From Caldisericaceae bacterium (GTDB lineage Bacteria > Caldisericota > Caldisericia > Caldisericales > Caldisericaceae): a stretch of DNA of 15,285 nt. The DNA lies in the NCBI GenBank assembly GCA_049967855.1, contig JBMFRX010000022.1:1-15285 (forward strand). Direction: 5' to 3'. Both the position numbers and the translations under genes were made by a program. Shown piece by piece: positions 1 through 8,108 of the stretch (the first letter of the stretch is position 1; each line of letters starts with the position of its first letter). Below the pieces are notes generated by a model that did no database searches, was not told where the DNA came from, and was given only the letters and a program-made list of their open reading frames with translations.

Positions 1-77
1 TTTGCATTTTTACTTGCTTCCTTGCAAAAATCTTTCGCCCCCCTCTGCATATTTATATATAGGAGGTAATTAAAAAA

Positions 78-965
78 ATGAATGGAATTGCAAGAGTTAA
101 GAAAAGTTTTACTCAAATACCAAATAAGATGATGGAAATATTTATCAAAGGGCTTTTAGGCGAAACGGAAATGAGAATCGCCATTTACATCATCCGACAA
201 AGTATTGGCTATCAAAGGGTTTGGACAAATGAAACCACCATAAAGAAGATTGCCAAAGATATTGGCATTAGCAGGTCATTCTGCTCGAAGATAATAAGCA
301 AGATGCTAAGGGAAAACAAAATCACAAGAGATAGCAGCAGATTGAAGTTTAATGATAATTACAGCGAATGGGTAGTGTTAACCAATCGAAACGCTGAGTG
401 TGAAGTAAATGAAACGCAACTGTTAAGTAATCGTAACACTCAAGAGTTAGCCAGTAAAGAACAAATCAATGCTTCCGATATGTCTAAATATACTTTAAAT
501 AAAATATTAAATAAAAAGAAAGAAATTATTAAAGAAAGAAGTAGGAAATCCTTCCTAGGAGAAAAAGACTTTAAAGATAAAGAACCTGTTTCCGCAATAA
601 ATGCTTCTGTGCACAAGGAAAAGGTCGGGGTAAATACCTTGCAGCCTCTCAGCGGCAACTCAGCGAAAATCGTTTTTAATGAGCAGGCTTTTAAGTTTGA
701 AAACATCCCTAAAGAGAAAATGAACAAGTGGATTGAAGCTTTTCCTGATAGCAGTATAGATTTAGAAATCAAAAGAATGGAGGCATGGCTTATGGCTAAC
801 CCTAAAAACAAAAAAGTAAATTACGAGAGATTCATTGTTAACTGGCTCAACAGAGCTCGTTCTGGACTTTTTTCACGAGCAAAAGGTGGAGCAGACGGCG
901 CAAAAGAGCCTGAAAGAATAAAAAAAACAGGCTTCTATGATATATCTGGAAGGAGGATTAGTTGA
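78..965 (+). CDS. Phage-type replication initiator (lambda O-like N-terminal wHTH, DnaD-like/phage C-terminal domain)
   Basis: RBS AGGAGGT at 61-67. N-terminus FTQIPN...IIRQSIGYQR...IAKDIGISRSFCSKII resembles Phage_rep_O. C-terminal W..N...K..NY.RFI.NWL.R is typical of phage initiators. Directly upstream of a DnaB-like gene. Confidence 0.75.
   Translation: MNGIARVKKSFTQIPNKMMEIFIKGLLGETEMRIAIYIIRQSIGYQRVWTNETTIKKIAKDIGISRSFCSKIISKMLRENKITRDSSRLKFNDNYSEWVVLTNRNAECEVNETQLLSNRNTQELASKEQINASDMSKYTLNKILNKKKEIIKERSRKSFLGEKDFKDKEPVSAINASVHKEKVGVNTLQPLSGNSAKIVFNEQAFKFENIPKEKMNKWIEAFPDSSIDLEIKRMEAWLMANPKNKKVNYERFIVNWLNRARSGLFSRAKGGADGAKEPERIKKTGFYDISGRRIS
376..439 (+). repeat. Three degenerate 19-bp iteron-like direct repeats inside the initiator gene
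   Basis: TGTTAACCAATCGAAACGC (376-394), TGTGAAGTAAATGAAACGC (399-417), TGTTAAGTAATCGTAACAC (421-439). 14-15/19 pairwise identity, 22-23 bp period, followed by an A/T-rich tract at about 486-540. Confidence 0.55.
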
Positions 966-966
966 A

Positions 967-2271
967 ATGAGTGATACAAATAGAAAATACCCTGTTGAAG
1001 GGTTTAATGAACATTTTCAATTGTCAGGCGCTTCGGACTTAGAGCAAAAGGTAGTTAATATGGCCTACTCGAAGGAGGCAGAGCAATCTGTGCTAGGGTC
1101 AATTCTTCTGGACCAAAAGGCAATTTTGGAAGCTATGAGAGTTATAAATGAGGACGATTTTTCCAGGGAAGAGCATCAATTCATTTTCAAAGCTATGAAA
1201 CTGCTGTGGCAAGAGGGTGTTCCGATTGACATAGTTACGGTTTTTGAAAAGCTAAAAGAAATGAAGCAGAACGAATTTGCAGGTGGGTATACCTACCTGG
1301 CTGGTTTATTAGGAAGCGTTCCAAGTGTTGTAAATATCTGGTACTATGCAAAAATTGTGAGAGAGAAGTCAATTGCAAGGAAGGCTGGAAAGATCGGGTT
1401 GGAAATCGTTGAACTCAGCGCAAAAGAAGACCTTGACGGCATCAAGGACAAAGCAATAGAACTGCAAAATCTGAATTTAAAAAACGATATTCCCTTTAAA
1501 GACCTCTTCACAGATGAAGATCTTGAAAGGCTTAGAGATTCAAAGAGATACTTTTCCAAAAACTTGCACAACCTAACCTATAGGCTCCCATTTATGAATG
1601 GTGAGGTCATATACATCGCTGGAAGAACTTCTGCAGGAAAGACTCAGATGGCTTTGAATCTTGCAATGAGCTTCCTCGATGAAGGGGCAAGCGTTGGATA
1701 TGTTTCAATGGAGGTTTCCAAGGAACAGCTTCTTGTAAGACTGCTAAACTGGGAGTTTGGAGGCGAGCACGTTAGATTATCTGACATCGATATTAGAAAC
1801 CCAGAAACGTTCAGACTGGGACAAAAATTGGTCGCGCAGGACAAATTTAATAACTTCTATTTCAGGCAGGATATGAACGAGTTAGGAGAGATTTCAGCCT
1901 GGATTGAGACGCATAACTTTGATGTGGTGTTTATTGACTACATCCAGATGATTTACTTTGGCAAGAAGGTTGAAAACAGAAACTACGAGCTGGGCAAGGT
2001 TGCAAGGGAATTCAGAAGGCTTTCCAGGGGAAGGTGTATGGTAGTTATGAGCCAATTCAACAGGAGCAAATCGGGAGATGATGAAGAGGATTTATCCAGG
2101 ATAAGGGATTCGGGAGAAATAGAGCAGACTTCAACAGGAATAGTTTTCGTTCAGAGTAAAAAGGATGCTGATGGAGTTTTCCAGTATTCAATACGCAAGA
2201 ATCAGACATACGGCGTTTTGTCAGGGTGGATTGATTTAAAGCTTCTGCCTAACGGTGAACTGAAAGAATAG
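967..2271 (+). CDS. dnaB: DnaB-family replicative helicase (divergent, probably phage-derived)
   Basis: DnaB N-domain (EAEQSVLGSILLD, IDIVTV), Walker A AGRTSAGKT, SMEV, DYIQMI, SQFNR, RDSGEIEQ. ATG 967 preferred over 937 because GGAGGA lies at 952-957. Confidence 0.88.
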   Translation: MSDTNRKYPVEGFNEHFQLSGASDLEQKVVNMAYSKEAEQSVLGSILLDQKAILEAMRVINEDDFSREEHQFIFKAMKLLWQEGVPIDIVTVFEKLKEMKQNEFAGGYTYLAGLLGSVPSVVNIWYYAKIVREKSIARKAGKIGLEIVELSAKEDLDGIKDKAIELQNLNLKNDIPFKDLFTDEDLERLRDSKRYFSKNLHNLTYRLPFMNGEVIYIAGRTSAGKTQMALNLAMSFLDEGASVGYVSMEVSKEQLLVRLLNWEFGGEHVRLSDIDIRNPETFRLGQKLVAQDKFNNFYFRQDMNELGEISAWIETHNFDVVFIDYIQMIYFGKKVENRNYELGKVAREFRRLSRGRCMVVMSQFNRSKSGDDEEDLSRIRDSGEIEQTSTGIVFVQSKKDADGVFQYSIRKNQTYGVLSGWIDLKLLPNGELKE

Positions 2272-2332
2272 AGGAAGGGGTCTTTGGGCGATGAAGGGTC
2301 TAGTAACTAAAAGGCGAAAAGCCTTTCCCCTC

Positions 2333-2507
2333 CGTCATCCCGAAAAGTTGTTCTGAGGAATCTCCTTCGTTGTCTTTTTCCTCTCCGTCATCCTGCGCTC
2401 TGTTCCTTGGCACAGTCAAGTCTTGTTTCAGGATCTTGTTTTCTGTGTGGACAAATAGATGGTAGATGCTGAATGGAGACATTTCAGCATGACGGGGAGG
2501 AAAGACA
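2333..2507. repeat. Cluster of CGTCA-tagged palindromic (REP-like) repeats including an inverted pair (REPIN-like)
   Basis: Units at 2333-2363, 2386-2436 (CGTCA-TCCTG...CAGGATCT) and 2464-2494 on the opposite strand (AGATGCTGAA...TTCAGCATGACG). Flanks TTTCCTCTCCGTCAT and ATGACGGGGAGGAAA are inverted repeats. Sits between convergent genes. Confidence 0.8.
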
Positions 2508-2526
2508 AAACGACAAGATTGCCGCG

Positions 2527-4098
2527 CTATTTTATCTGCTCTACAAGAAACGCAGGATTTAGTGCTTCACCAGTTCCTTTATCTATTAGCTCGTCCCACC
2601 TGTACATAGACCCTGGCTTAAAAATATTCTCCACGAAAAATTCTCCTGCGCGTCTGTCAATTAGGCTATCTCCAATGTTGTTTTTTATGTAGTGTTCAAA
2701 TTGCGAGGCTGTCATCTCTCCAAGAAGGTAGTTATGATAGTATACAGGTGATGAGCCAAAATGAATCTTTGCAGCCCAATCTGGGAATTGCCGCCTCTCT
2801 TTTGGCACATTGACGTACTGTAGCTCGTGGACGATGTCATACCAGAGATTATTGAGGTCGCCCTCAGGGTCTCTGTAGAGTTCTTTCTCGAAGAAAACAA
2901 ACGCTATAACCCATCGAGCAGTTATGGCAAGCTGATATTTAAGGAGCTTCTCAAGCCTGTGTTCTATCTCTTTAAGAGTGTTGTTGCTCACATTGACTAT
3001 TTTTCCGTACCATTCTGCATCGCGAGCGCGCCTTCCAAAGAACATTGCAACAGCCTCTGTTGTGAAAATATGAGCTGGCTCTCTTAGAAGGTAAGGAATG
3101 TCTTTTCTTATATACTTGTCATAAACGGCATGCCCGTATTCATGCAATGTGGTCTCAGCCCACTTTATGTTTGGCTTGATATTCTCGAGGACTCTTACAT
3201 CGTCTGTTCTGTTGATAGATATGGTGAAGGCGTGCTGGTTCTTGCCTTTTCTCTCGTAAAGGTCTGACTTTGCAAGGATATCTCTTATGTCAAGTCCGAT
3301 GGAATCATATGTTTTCTTGACAAGTTCCGCAATATCTTTGTTCTTGAAAATGGCATCATAATTAAAATCGTCTATCTCTGGGACTTCCTGGAACCATAAA
3401 TCGCCGTAGTGCCATGGAGCTATGTCTGTTTTCTCAACCTCGTATTTCTTTGCGAGAGTCGAATCAATATCCGATTTAATTTCCGTAAATATGCCGTCTG
3501 TCTGCTCTTTAAAGTCTCTGAACATTGAATGGATTTGCTCTGTGGAAAGCTCCGAAAGCTCCATCATCATATCATAATAATTGTTAAATCCAAGTGTTTT
3601 TGCATTTTCATTGCGCAATTTGATTAACTCAATCAAGCGAGGGGCTATTTCCTGACCGATTTCTTTTCCTGCAACCCAGGCTTTCTTACGTAGAAGAGAG
3701 TCGCTGCTTTTTGTGAGAATCTCGCTGATATCGTTGTTGGTAACTTCTTTACCGTCAATCTTCGCTCTGTAATTTGCAAATATTCCTTCGATCTCAACTT
3801 CACGCTTAACTGTCTCCTGAATTGCCTCTTTTGAAAGCTGATTTGGAAGCATAGAATTGAACAACAATCTAAGTTGCCTTGTATCAATCTCGTCGTTCTC
3901 TTCTGAAAGAGCATTTTTCACTTGTTCAAAAAGTTCGCTGTTTGCAAGATACATTCGCAGGGTAATTTCGGCCTTCTCGACGTCGTTGGCGTATTCAGGC
4001 TTGCCAGTTGTTGCAAGGTTCCAGTAGGCTATTGCTGTTTTTGTGCCCATTTCCTTGAGCTCGCTATTTACTTTTGATAAAAGTTCTTTGGTGTCCAT
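2527..4098 (-). CDS. M2/M3-family (gluzincin) zinc metallopeptidase
   Basis: 523 aa, HEYGH zinc motif, downstream TEAVA third-ligand Glu, KIHF...PVYYHNYLLG motif. RBS AGGAG on the minus strand at 4105-4109. Confidence 0.9.
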   Translation of the reverse strand: MDTKELLSKVNSELKEMGTKTAIAYWNLATTGKPEYANDVEKAEITLRMYLANSELFEQVKNALSEENDEIDTRQLRLLFNSMLPNQLSKEAIQETVKREVEIEGIFANYRAKIDGKEVTNNDISEILTKSSDSLLRKKAWVAGKEIGQEIAPRLIELIKLRNENAKTLGFNNYYDMMMELSELSTEQIHSMFRDFKEQTDGIFTEIKSDIDSTLAKKYEVEKTDIAPWHYGDLWFQEVPEIDDFNYDAIFKNKDIAELVKKTYDSIGLDIRDILAKSDLYERKGKNQHAFTISINRTDDVRVLENIKPNIKWAETTLHEYGHAVYDKYIRKDIPYLLREPAHIFTTEAVAMFFGRRARDAEWYGKIVNVSNNTLKEIEHRLEKLLKYQLAITARWVIAFVFFEKELYRDPEGDLNNLWYDIVHELQYVNVPKERRQFPDWAAKIHFGSSPVYYHNYLLGEMTASQFEHYIKNNIGDSLIDRRAGEFFVENIFKPGSMYRWDELIDKGTGEALNPAFLVEQIK

Positions 4099-4325
4099 TT
4101 CACTCTCCTTTCATACTAATTATAGTTAATTGGTAAAATTAACAAAAACGAATTTCACTTTTTTATGACGGTGCAAAGTTGTTATGTTTACTTTTTTGTG
4201 GATTAGCTTTCATTCAGCTGCCAAATGCAAACTACTGGATGCGTCGCAATCTTTATTAAGAGCTGCTTACCTACTCTTTAAATTCATTAATCGATATCCC
4301 CATTCTTTTGTATAACAGGCAAAGA

Positions 4326-4334
4326 TGCTATAAT
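4326..4334 (+). promoter_or_regulatory. Extended -10 promoter (TGnTATAAT), probably giving a leaderless transcript
   Basis: TGCTATAAT at 4326-4334, six nt before ATG 4341. No Shine-Dalgarno sequence in front of that ATG. Confidence 0.55.
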
Positions 4335-4340
4335 TAATCT

Positions 4341-5024
4341 ATGGAACAAAAAGCAACTTTCGATGACCTTGCAAATTCGTATGATAGTTGGTTCAATACC
4401 TCTGTCGGCAAGAAGGTGTTTGAGCTTGAGCTTGCAACCCTTATTGATTTTATAAAGCCATCAAGCGGTACGCGTGTGCTTGAGGTTGGAATTGGGACAG
4501 GGCTATTTGCAATGGAATTTAGGAAGCGTGGAGCAGATGTTGAGGGCATTGACCCTTCCCGTGAAATGCTTGCAATTGCAGCGAAGAGAGGCTTTAAAGT
4601 GCAATACGGCGTAGGGGAGGCAATTCCTTATCCTGATAATGTTTTTGATGTAGTGCTTGCGATGACCTCGATGGAATTCTCCAAAACGCCAGACCTTTTC
4701 GTGAGGGAGATGGTGCGCGTTGCAAAACCATCTGGTACCGTAGTTGTGGGCGTGCTCAATTTATGGTCTTTTTATGGCATTTCGCGCAGAATTAGGGGCC
4801 TGCTCTCTGGCAGTTTTTTCAATGATGCACATTTCTACAACTACAAAGAGCTGAAAGTTCTTTTATCAAAATATGTGGGCGATGTAAAAGTAAGTTCCTC
4901 TGTTTTCTTCAATCCTTCTGCAACATCGTTTATCATTAGCAGAGCCGACAGTATAGAGCGCTTTGGTAGGACTCACCTTGCTCCGTTTGGCGCTTTGCTT
5001 GTTGGCGCAGGCAAGAAAGCTTAG
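4341..5024 (+). CDS. Class I SAM-dependent methyltransferase (Methyltransf_11-like)
   Basis: VLEVGIGTG motif I, GIDPS motif II, GEAIPYPDNVFDVV, EMVRVAKPSG. Confidence 0.92.
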   Translation: MEQKATFDDLANSYDSWFNTSVGKKVFELELATLIDFIKPSSGTRVLEVGIGTGLFAMEFRKRGADVEGIDPSREMLAIAAKRGFKVQYGVGEAIPYPDNVFDVVLAMTSMEFSKTPDLFVREMVRVAKPSGTVVVGVLNLWSFYGISRRIRGLLSGSFFNDAHFYNYKELKVLLSKYVGDVKVSSSVFFNPSATSFIISRADSIERFGRTHLAPFGALLVGAGKKA

Positions 5025-5041
5025 AAAAGGAGGTGGTCTAA

Positions 5042-5308
5042 ATGCTTATTGAAGCGCAATTTTCACTTTACCCCGTTAGAGTAGAACACATTTCTCCGTA
5101 TATCGATAGGGCAGTCGAGATAATCAAAAGCTTTGGGCTTGAGGTGAAGGTTGGCCCTATGAGCAGCATCACCTACGGCGAAAGCTCAACTATCTTTAAA
5201 GCTTTTGACAAAATCATAGAAGAGTTTGGCGGCAAGGTACAATTTGTGTTGATAACGACAATTTCAAATGCTTGTCCTGTCGACTTCCCTAAAGAGGCAA
5301 CTGATTAA
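5042..5308 (+). CDS. YkoF/MTH1187-like thiamine-binding protein
   Basis: 88 aa, AQFSLYP, VGPMSSITYGE, C-terminal SNACP. RBS AGGAGGT. Stop overlaps the next ATG (TAATG). Confidence 0.8.
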   Translation: MLIEAQFSLYPVRVEHISPYIDRAVEIIKSFGLEVKVGPMSSITYGESSTIFKAFDKIIEEFGGKVQFVLITTISNACPVDFPKEATD

Positions 5309-6171
5309 TGGTATTTTTCTTTTATCCTTCTAGGCGCACCTTAACTTTGAGCCTTACTGGAACTTACTGTGCCCTTCACTGCGACCATTGCAATGCTCAG
5401 TACCTCAAGGGAATGTCCGACAAGAATACCGTCCTCAGAATCCTTCGAGAGCATCCTCACAAATATGAAAGCATTCTTGTTAGCGGTGGCTCCACTGAAG
5501 AAGGCAAAGTGCCAATCTTAGAGCATCTCGACTTTATCAAAGAGGTTCACTCGATGGGGCTCAAGCTCAACTTCCATACGGGGCTCCTAAATGAGAAGGA
5601 AATTCGGGCAATAGAACCTTATGCTGAACGCGTGTCTTTTGATTTTGTCTATAGTGACCACGTGGTTAAAGACATTTATCACCTTTCTGAGAACAAGAAA
5701 GAGGACTTTGAAAAGACATATCTCCTTATGAGAAGGATTTTGGGTGGCCACATCGAAAACGATTTGGGATATCCTTCCTCGCGGGTTGTGCCCCATCTTA
5801 CAATTGGGCTCGACTGCGGCAAGGTTTCAACCGATGACTTTGATGCGATTGATGAGTTAGCCGTTATCAAGCCGACCTTACTTATAATTGATGTTTTCAT
5901 TCCCACAAAAGGCACTCCTTTTGAGAGCTGCCCCGAACCTTCAGCAGAAGATGCACTGAGAGTGATTGAGAAAGCCAAACGCAAGCTCACCAAAACGACT
6001 TTATTTCTCGGTTGTATGAGACCGTTCGGAGCTTTCAGGAATATAGTCGATGTCAAATCCTATGAAATAGGCGTGAAAGGTTTTGTTATGCCCTCAAGAG
6101 TTCTTATTGACAAAGTGCGTCAGGCAGGCGAGGAAGTCGTGACGCGTGAGGAATGTTGCGCCCTTGTTTAA
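5308..6171 (+). CDS. lipS1: Radical SAM protein, LipS1-type lipoyl synthase subunit
   Basis: CALHCDHC (CxxxCxxC), plus GCMR and C-terminal CC (ECCALV), the motifs described for LipS1. A LipS2-motif gene lies nearby. Confidence 0.78.
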   Translation: MVFFFYPSRRTLTLSLTGTYCALHCDHCNAQYLKGMSDKNTVLRILREHPHKYESILVSGGSTEEGKVPILEHLDFIKEVHSMGLKLNFHTGLLNEKEIRAIEPYAERVSFDFVYSDHVVKDIYHLSENKKEDFEKTYLLMRRILGGHIENDLGYPSSRVVPHLTIGLDCGKVSTDDFDAIDELAVIKPTLLIIDVFIPTKGTPFESCPEPSAEDALRVIEKAKRKLTKTTLFLGCMRPFGAFRNIVDVKSYEIGVKGFVMPSRVLIDKVRQAGEEVVTREECCALV

Positions 6172-6204
6172 CTACACATCCGTGCCAGGCACTGGTGTGT
6201 AGTA
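6167..6204 (+). repeat. Left 38-bp hairpin direct repeat flanking the RAYT gene
   Basis: TTTAACTACACATCCGTGCCAGGCACTGGTGTGTAGTA. Core palindrome GTGCC-A-GGCAC, outer stem ACTACACA/TGTGTAGT. Contains the lipS1 TAA stop. Confidence 0.92.
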
Positions 6205-6220
6205 GTAGAAGGAGGATTAG

Positions 6221-7096
6221 ATGGGAAGGGAAAGAAGACTGCAAATAGAAGGCGCTACATACCATGTTATTGCAAAAGGAGTTTCAGGGAAAGATATATT
6301 TCTCGACTCAAAAGGCAAGGAATATTTCCTTAAGGTTCTGGGCGAGTTATCTGTCGAGCTTGATGTTGCTCTTTACTCATACGTGTTGATGAGTAATCAC
6401 TATCACCTTCTTTTTAAGACTAACAGAGGAAATATCTCCAAGTTTATGCACAAATTGAACACATCTTACTCTCATTATTTCAATTACAGATATGTTAAGA
6501 ATGGTCACCTCTTCAATGATCGGTTTAGGGCTTTTCTAATTAAGAACGAGGAATATTTTAATGCAGCCATTCGCTATATTGCCCTGAATCCTGTAAAGGC
6601 AGGGATGGTAAAGAAGCCAGAATCATACGAGTGGAGTTCTTATAAATACATTTTTTACAAGGATGCGCCCCCTTGGCTAAAACTTAACGAAGCACTTATT
6701 TTAGCAGGACTTAAAAGAGCAGATTTTATATCTATGGTAAGTGATATTAAGTATGATTGCCTTGCGGAGTTTGATGAATTTGAGCAGGAAAACAGCACAA
6801 ACCCTGAGAATTTGGAGTCCCTTATAAAAGCTATTTCGGTCAATGCCGGCAGCTTAAACAATCCTAATAACAAAGTTTTGCGGGACTGCCTAATACTTCA
6901 TCTGAAAGAGAAAGGTTTTAGATCGACTGATATTGCAAGGAATTTTGGAATGAGCAGGGAAGGAATAGCGTATGTCATAAATAAAGTTCGCTTTGAGATA
7001 GAGAGTGGAAACCCCGTGTATATTAACGGTGAAGAGAGATTAAGAGAATTCCTTATGGACTTTAACTACACATCCGTGCCTGGCACTGGTGCGTAG
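6221..7096 (+). CDS. REP-associated tyrosine transposase (RAYT/Y1 HUH family) with C-terminal HTH
   Basis: YHVIAKG, YVLMSNHYHLL (HUH), GHLFNDRF, RYIALNPVKAG (catalytic Tyr), WSSY. C-terminal DIARNFGMSREGI HTH. RBS AGGAGG. Confidence 0.92.
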   Translation: MGRERRLQIEGATYHVIAKGVSGKDIFLDSKGKEYFLKVLGELSVELDVALYSYVLMSNHYHLLFKTNRGNISKFMHKLNTSYSHYFNYRYVKNGHLFNDRFRAFLIKNEEYFNAAIRYIALNPVKAGMVKKPESYEWSSYKYIFYKDAPPWLKLNEALILAGLKRADFISMVSDIKYDCLAEFDEFEQENSTNPENLESLIKAISVNAGSLNNPNNKVLRDCLILHLKEKGFRSTDIARNFGMSREGIAYVINKVRFEIESGNPVYINGEERLREFLMDFNYTSVPGTGA

Positions 7097-7098
7097 TA
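7061..7098 (+). repeat. Right 38-bp hairpin direct repeat flanking the RAYT gene
   Basis: TTTAACTACACATCCGTGCCTGGCACTGGTGCGTAGTA, 36/38 identical to 6167-6204. Encodes the transposase C-terminus (FNYTSVPGTGA) and its TAG stop. Confidence 0.92.
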
Positions 7099-7115
7099 AA
7101 TTGTGGAAGTTTATT

Positions 7116-8108
7116 ATGGGAAAAATGATTAGAGCCTCAATCGGAAGCCTTGGAGTGCTTGGGCTAAAAAGAATGAAGCTTCCTGCTCCTCCTACCACTC
7201 TTTACCTTATGGTAGGCGAGAAATGTATGTACAGCTGTGCATACTGTCCGCAATCGCAATCATCATTTGGTGATTCATACGAGAAACTCTCAAGGGTAAC
7301 CTGGCCTCAGATTGAGTGGAGCATTTTGAAGGATTCAATCGTAAATAAGCCCGATTTTGTAAAGCGGATTTGTTTTCAGGTGGTCAACAGCCCTGATTAT
7401 CTTGACAACATTATTTTCTTCCTGAAAGATATCAGCACAATGAAATTAAGCCTGCCAATTTCTGTTTCAGTGCGACCCAAAGACATTGATGAAGTCGAAG
7501 CGATTTTTGATGCAGGTGCAGAAAGGGTTGGCATCGCAATGGATTGTGTGAGTGAAAAGCTCTTTAATGCGATTCGCGGCGGCAATTTCAATTCGTATCT
7601 AAATCTCATTCTTGATTCATCGCGCAAATTCGCAGGCAGGATTACTACGCACATCATAGTGGGTCTTGGAGAGACCGACAGGGAAATTTACAATGCAATG
7701 AAATTGTTCTATGATAATCATATCACTGTTGCACTTTTTTCTTTTACGCCCATTACCGAAACGCGCCTTGAGCAAGCTAGCCCGCCTTCATTAGCCCGCT
7801 ACAGGCGGATTCAATTTATGAGGTATCTTTTCAATTTAGGCAGGGCAGAGAATATGAATTTTGATTTTGACAAAGGGGGCAATTTGACATCAATTGCAAC
7901 TGGTATGTCGCAAGACGAAAACTGCGCTATCCTATCCGAACGTTCTATCTATATGACCACAGGCTGTCCTAACTGCAACAGGCCATACTACAATGAAACG
8001 CCATCTGGCACAATGTATAACTATCCTTTTGTGCCGAGCAACACCGACAAGCTGCAGGTTGCCTTTGTAGAGAAGGTGGAGGATGGGCGAATCATCTTCA
8101 AAAAGTGA
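7116..8108 (+). CDS. lipS2: Radical SAM protein, LipS2-type lipoyl synthase subunit
   Basis: CMYSCAYC (CxxxCxxC), LSRVTWP, and TTGCPNCNRP matching the LipS2 motif TxGCPxC(N/D)RP. Start uncertain (GTG 7089, ATG 7116 or ATG 7125). Confidence 0.8.
   Translation: MGKMIRASIGSLGVLGLKRMKLPAPPTTLYLMVGEKCMYSCAYCPQSQSSFGDSYEKLSRVTWPQIEWSILKDSIVNKPDFVKRICFQVVNSPDYLDNIIFFLKDISTMKLSLPISVSVRPKDIDEVEAIFDAGAERVGIAMDCVSEKLFNAIRGGNFNSYLNLILDSSRKFAGRITTHIIVGLGETDREIYNAMKLFYDNHITVALFSFTPITETRLEQASPPSLARYRRIQFMRYLFNLGRAENMNFDFDKGGNLTSIATGMSQDENCAILSERSIYMTTGCPNCNRPYYNETPSGTMYNYPFVPSNTDKLQVAFVEKVEDGRIIFKK

Noticed and set aside
2310..2326. Intrinsic terminator AAAGGC-GAAAA-GCCTTT after dnaB
   Set aside because: Short stem and weak U-tract on both strands, so not supportable on its own.
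6167..7098. RAYT as the mobiliser of the GTCA repeats
   Set aside because: Its own flanking hairpins share neither tag nor stem with those repeats and none lie next to it. Not formally excluded.
5308..8108. Biotin synthase (bioB) or LipA annotation for the radical SAM genes
   Set aside because: They lack the LipA CX4CX5C motif and recognisable BioB motifs, and carry LipS1/LipS2 motifs instead.
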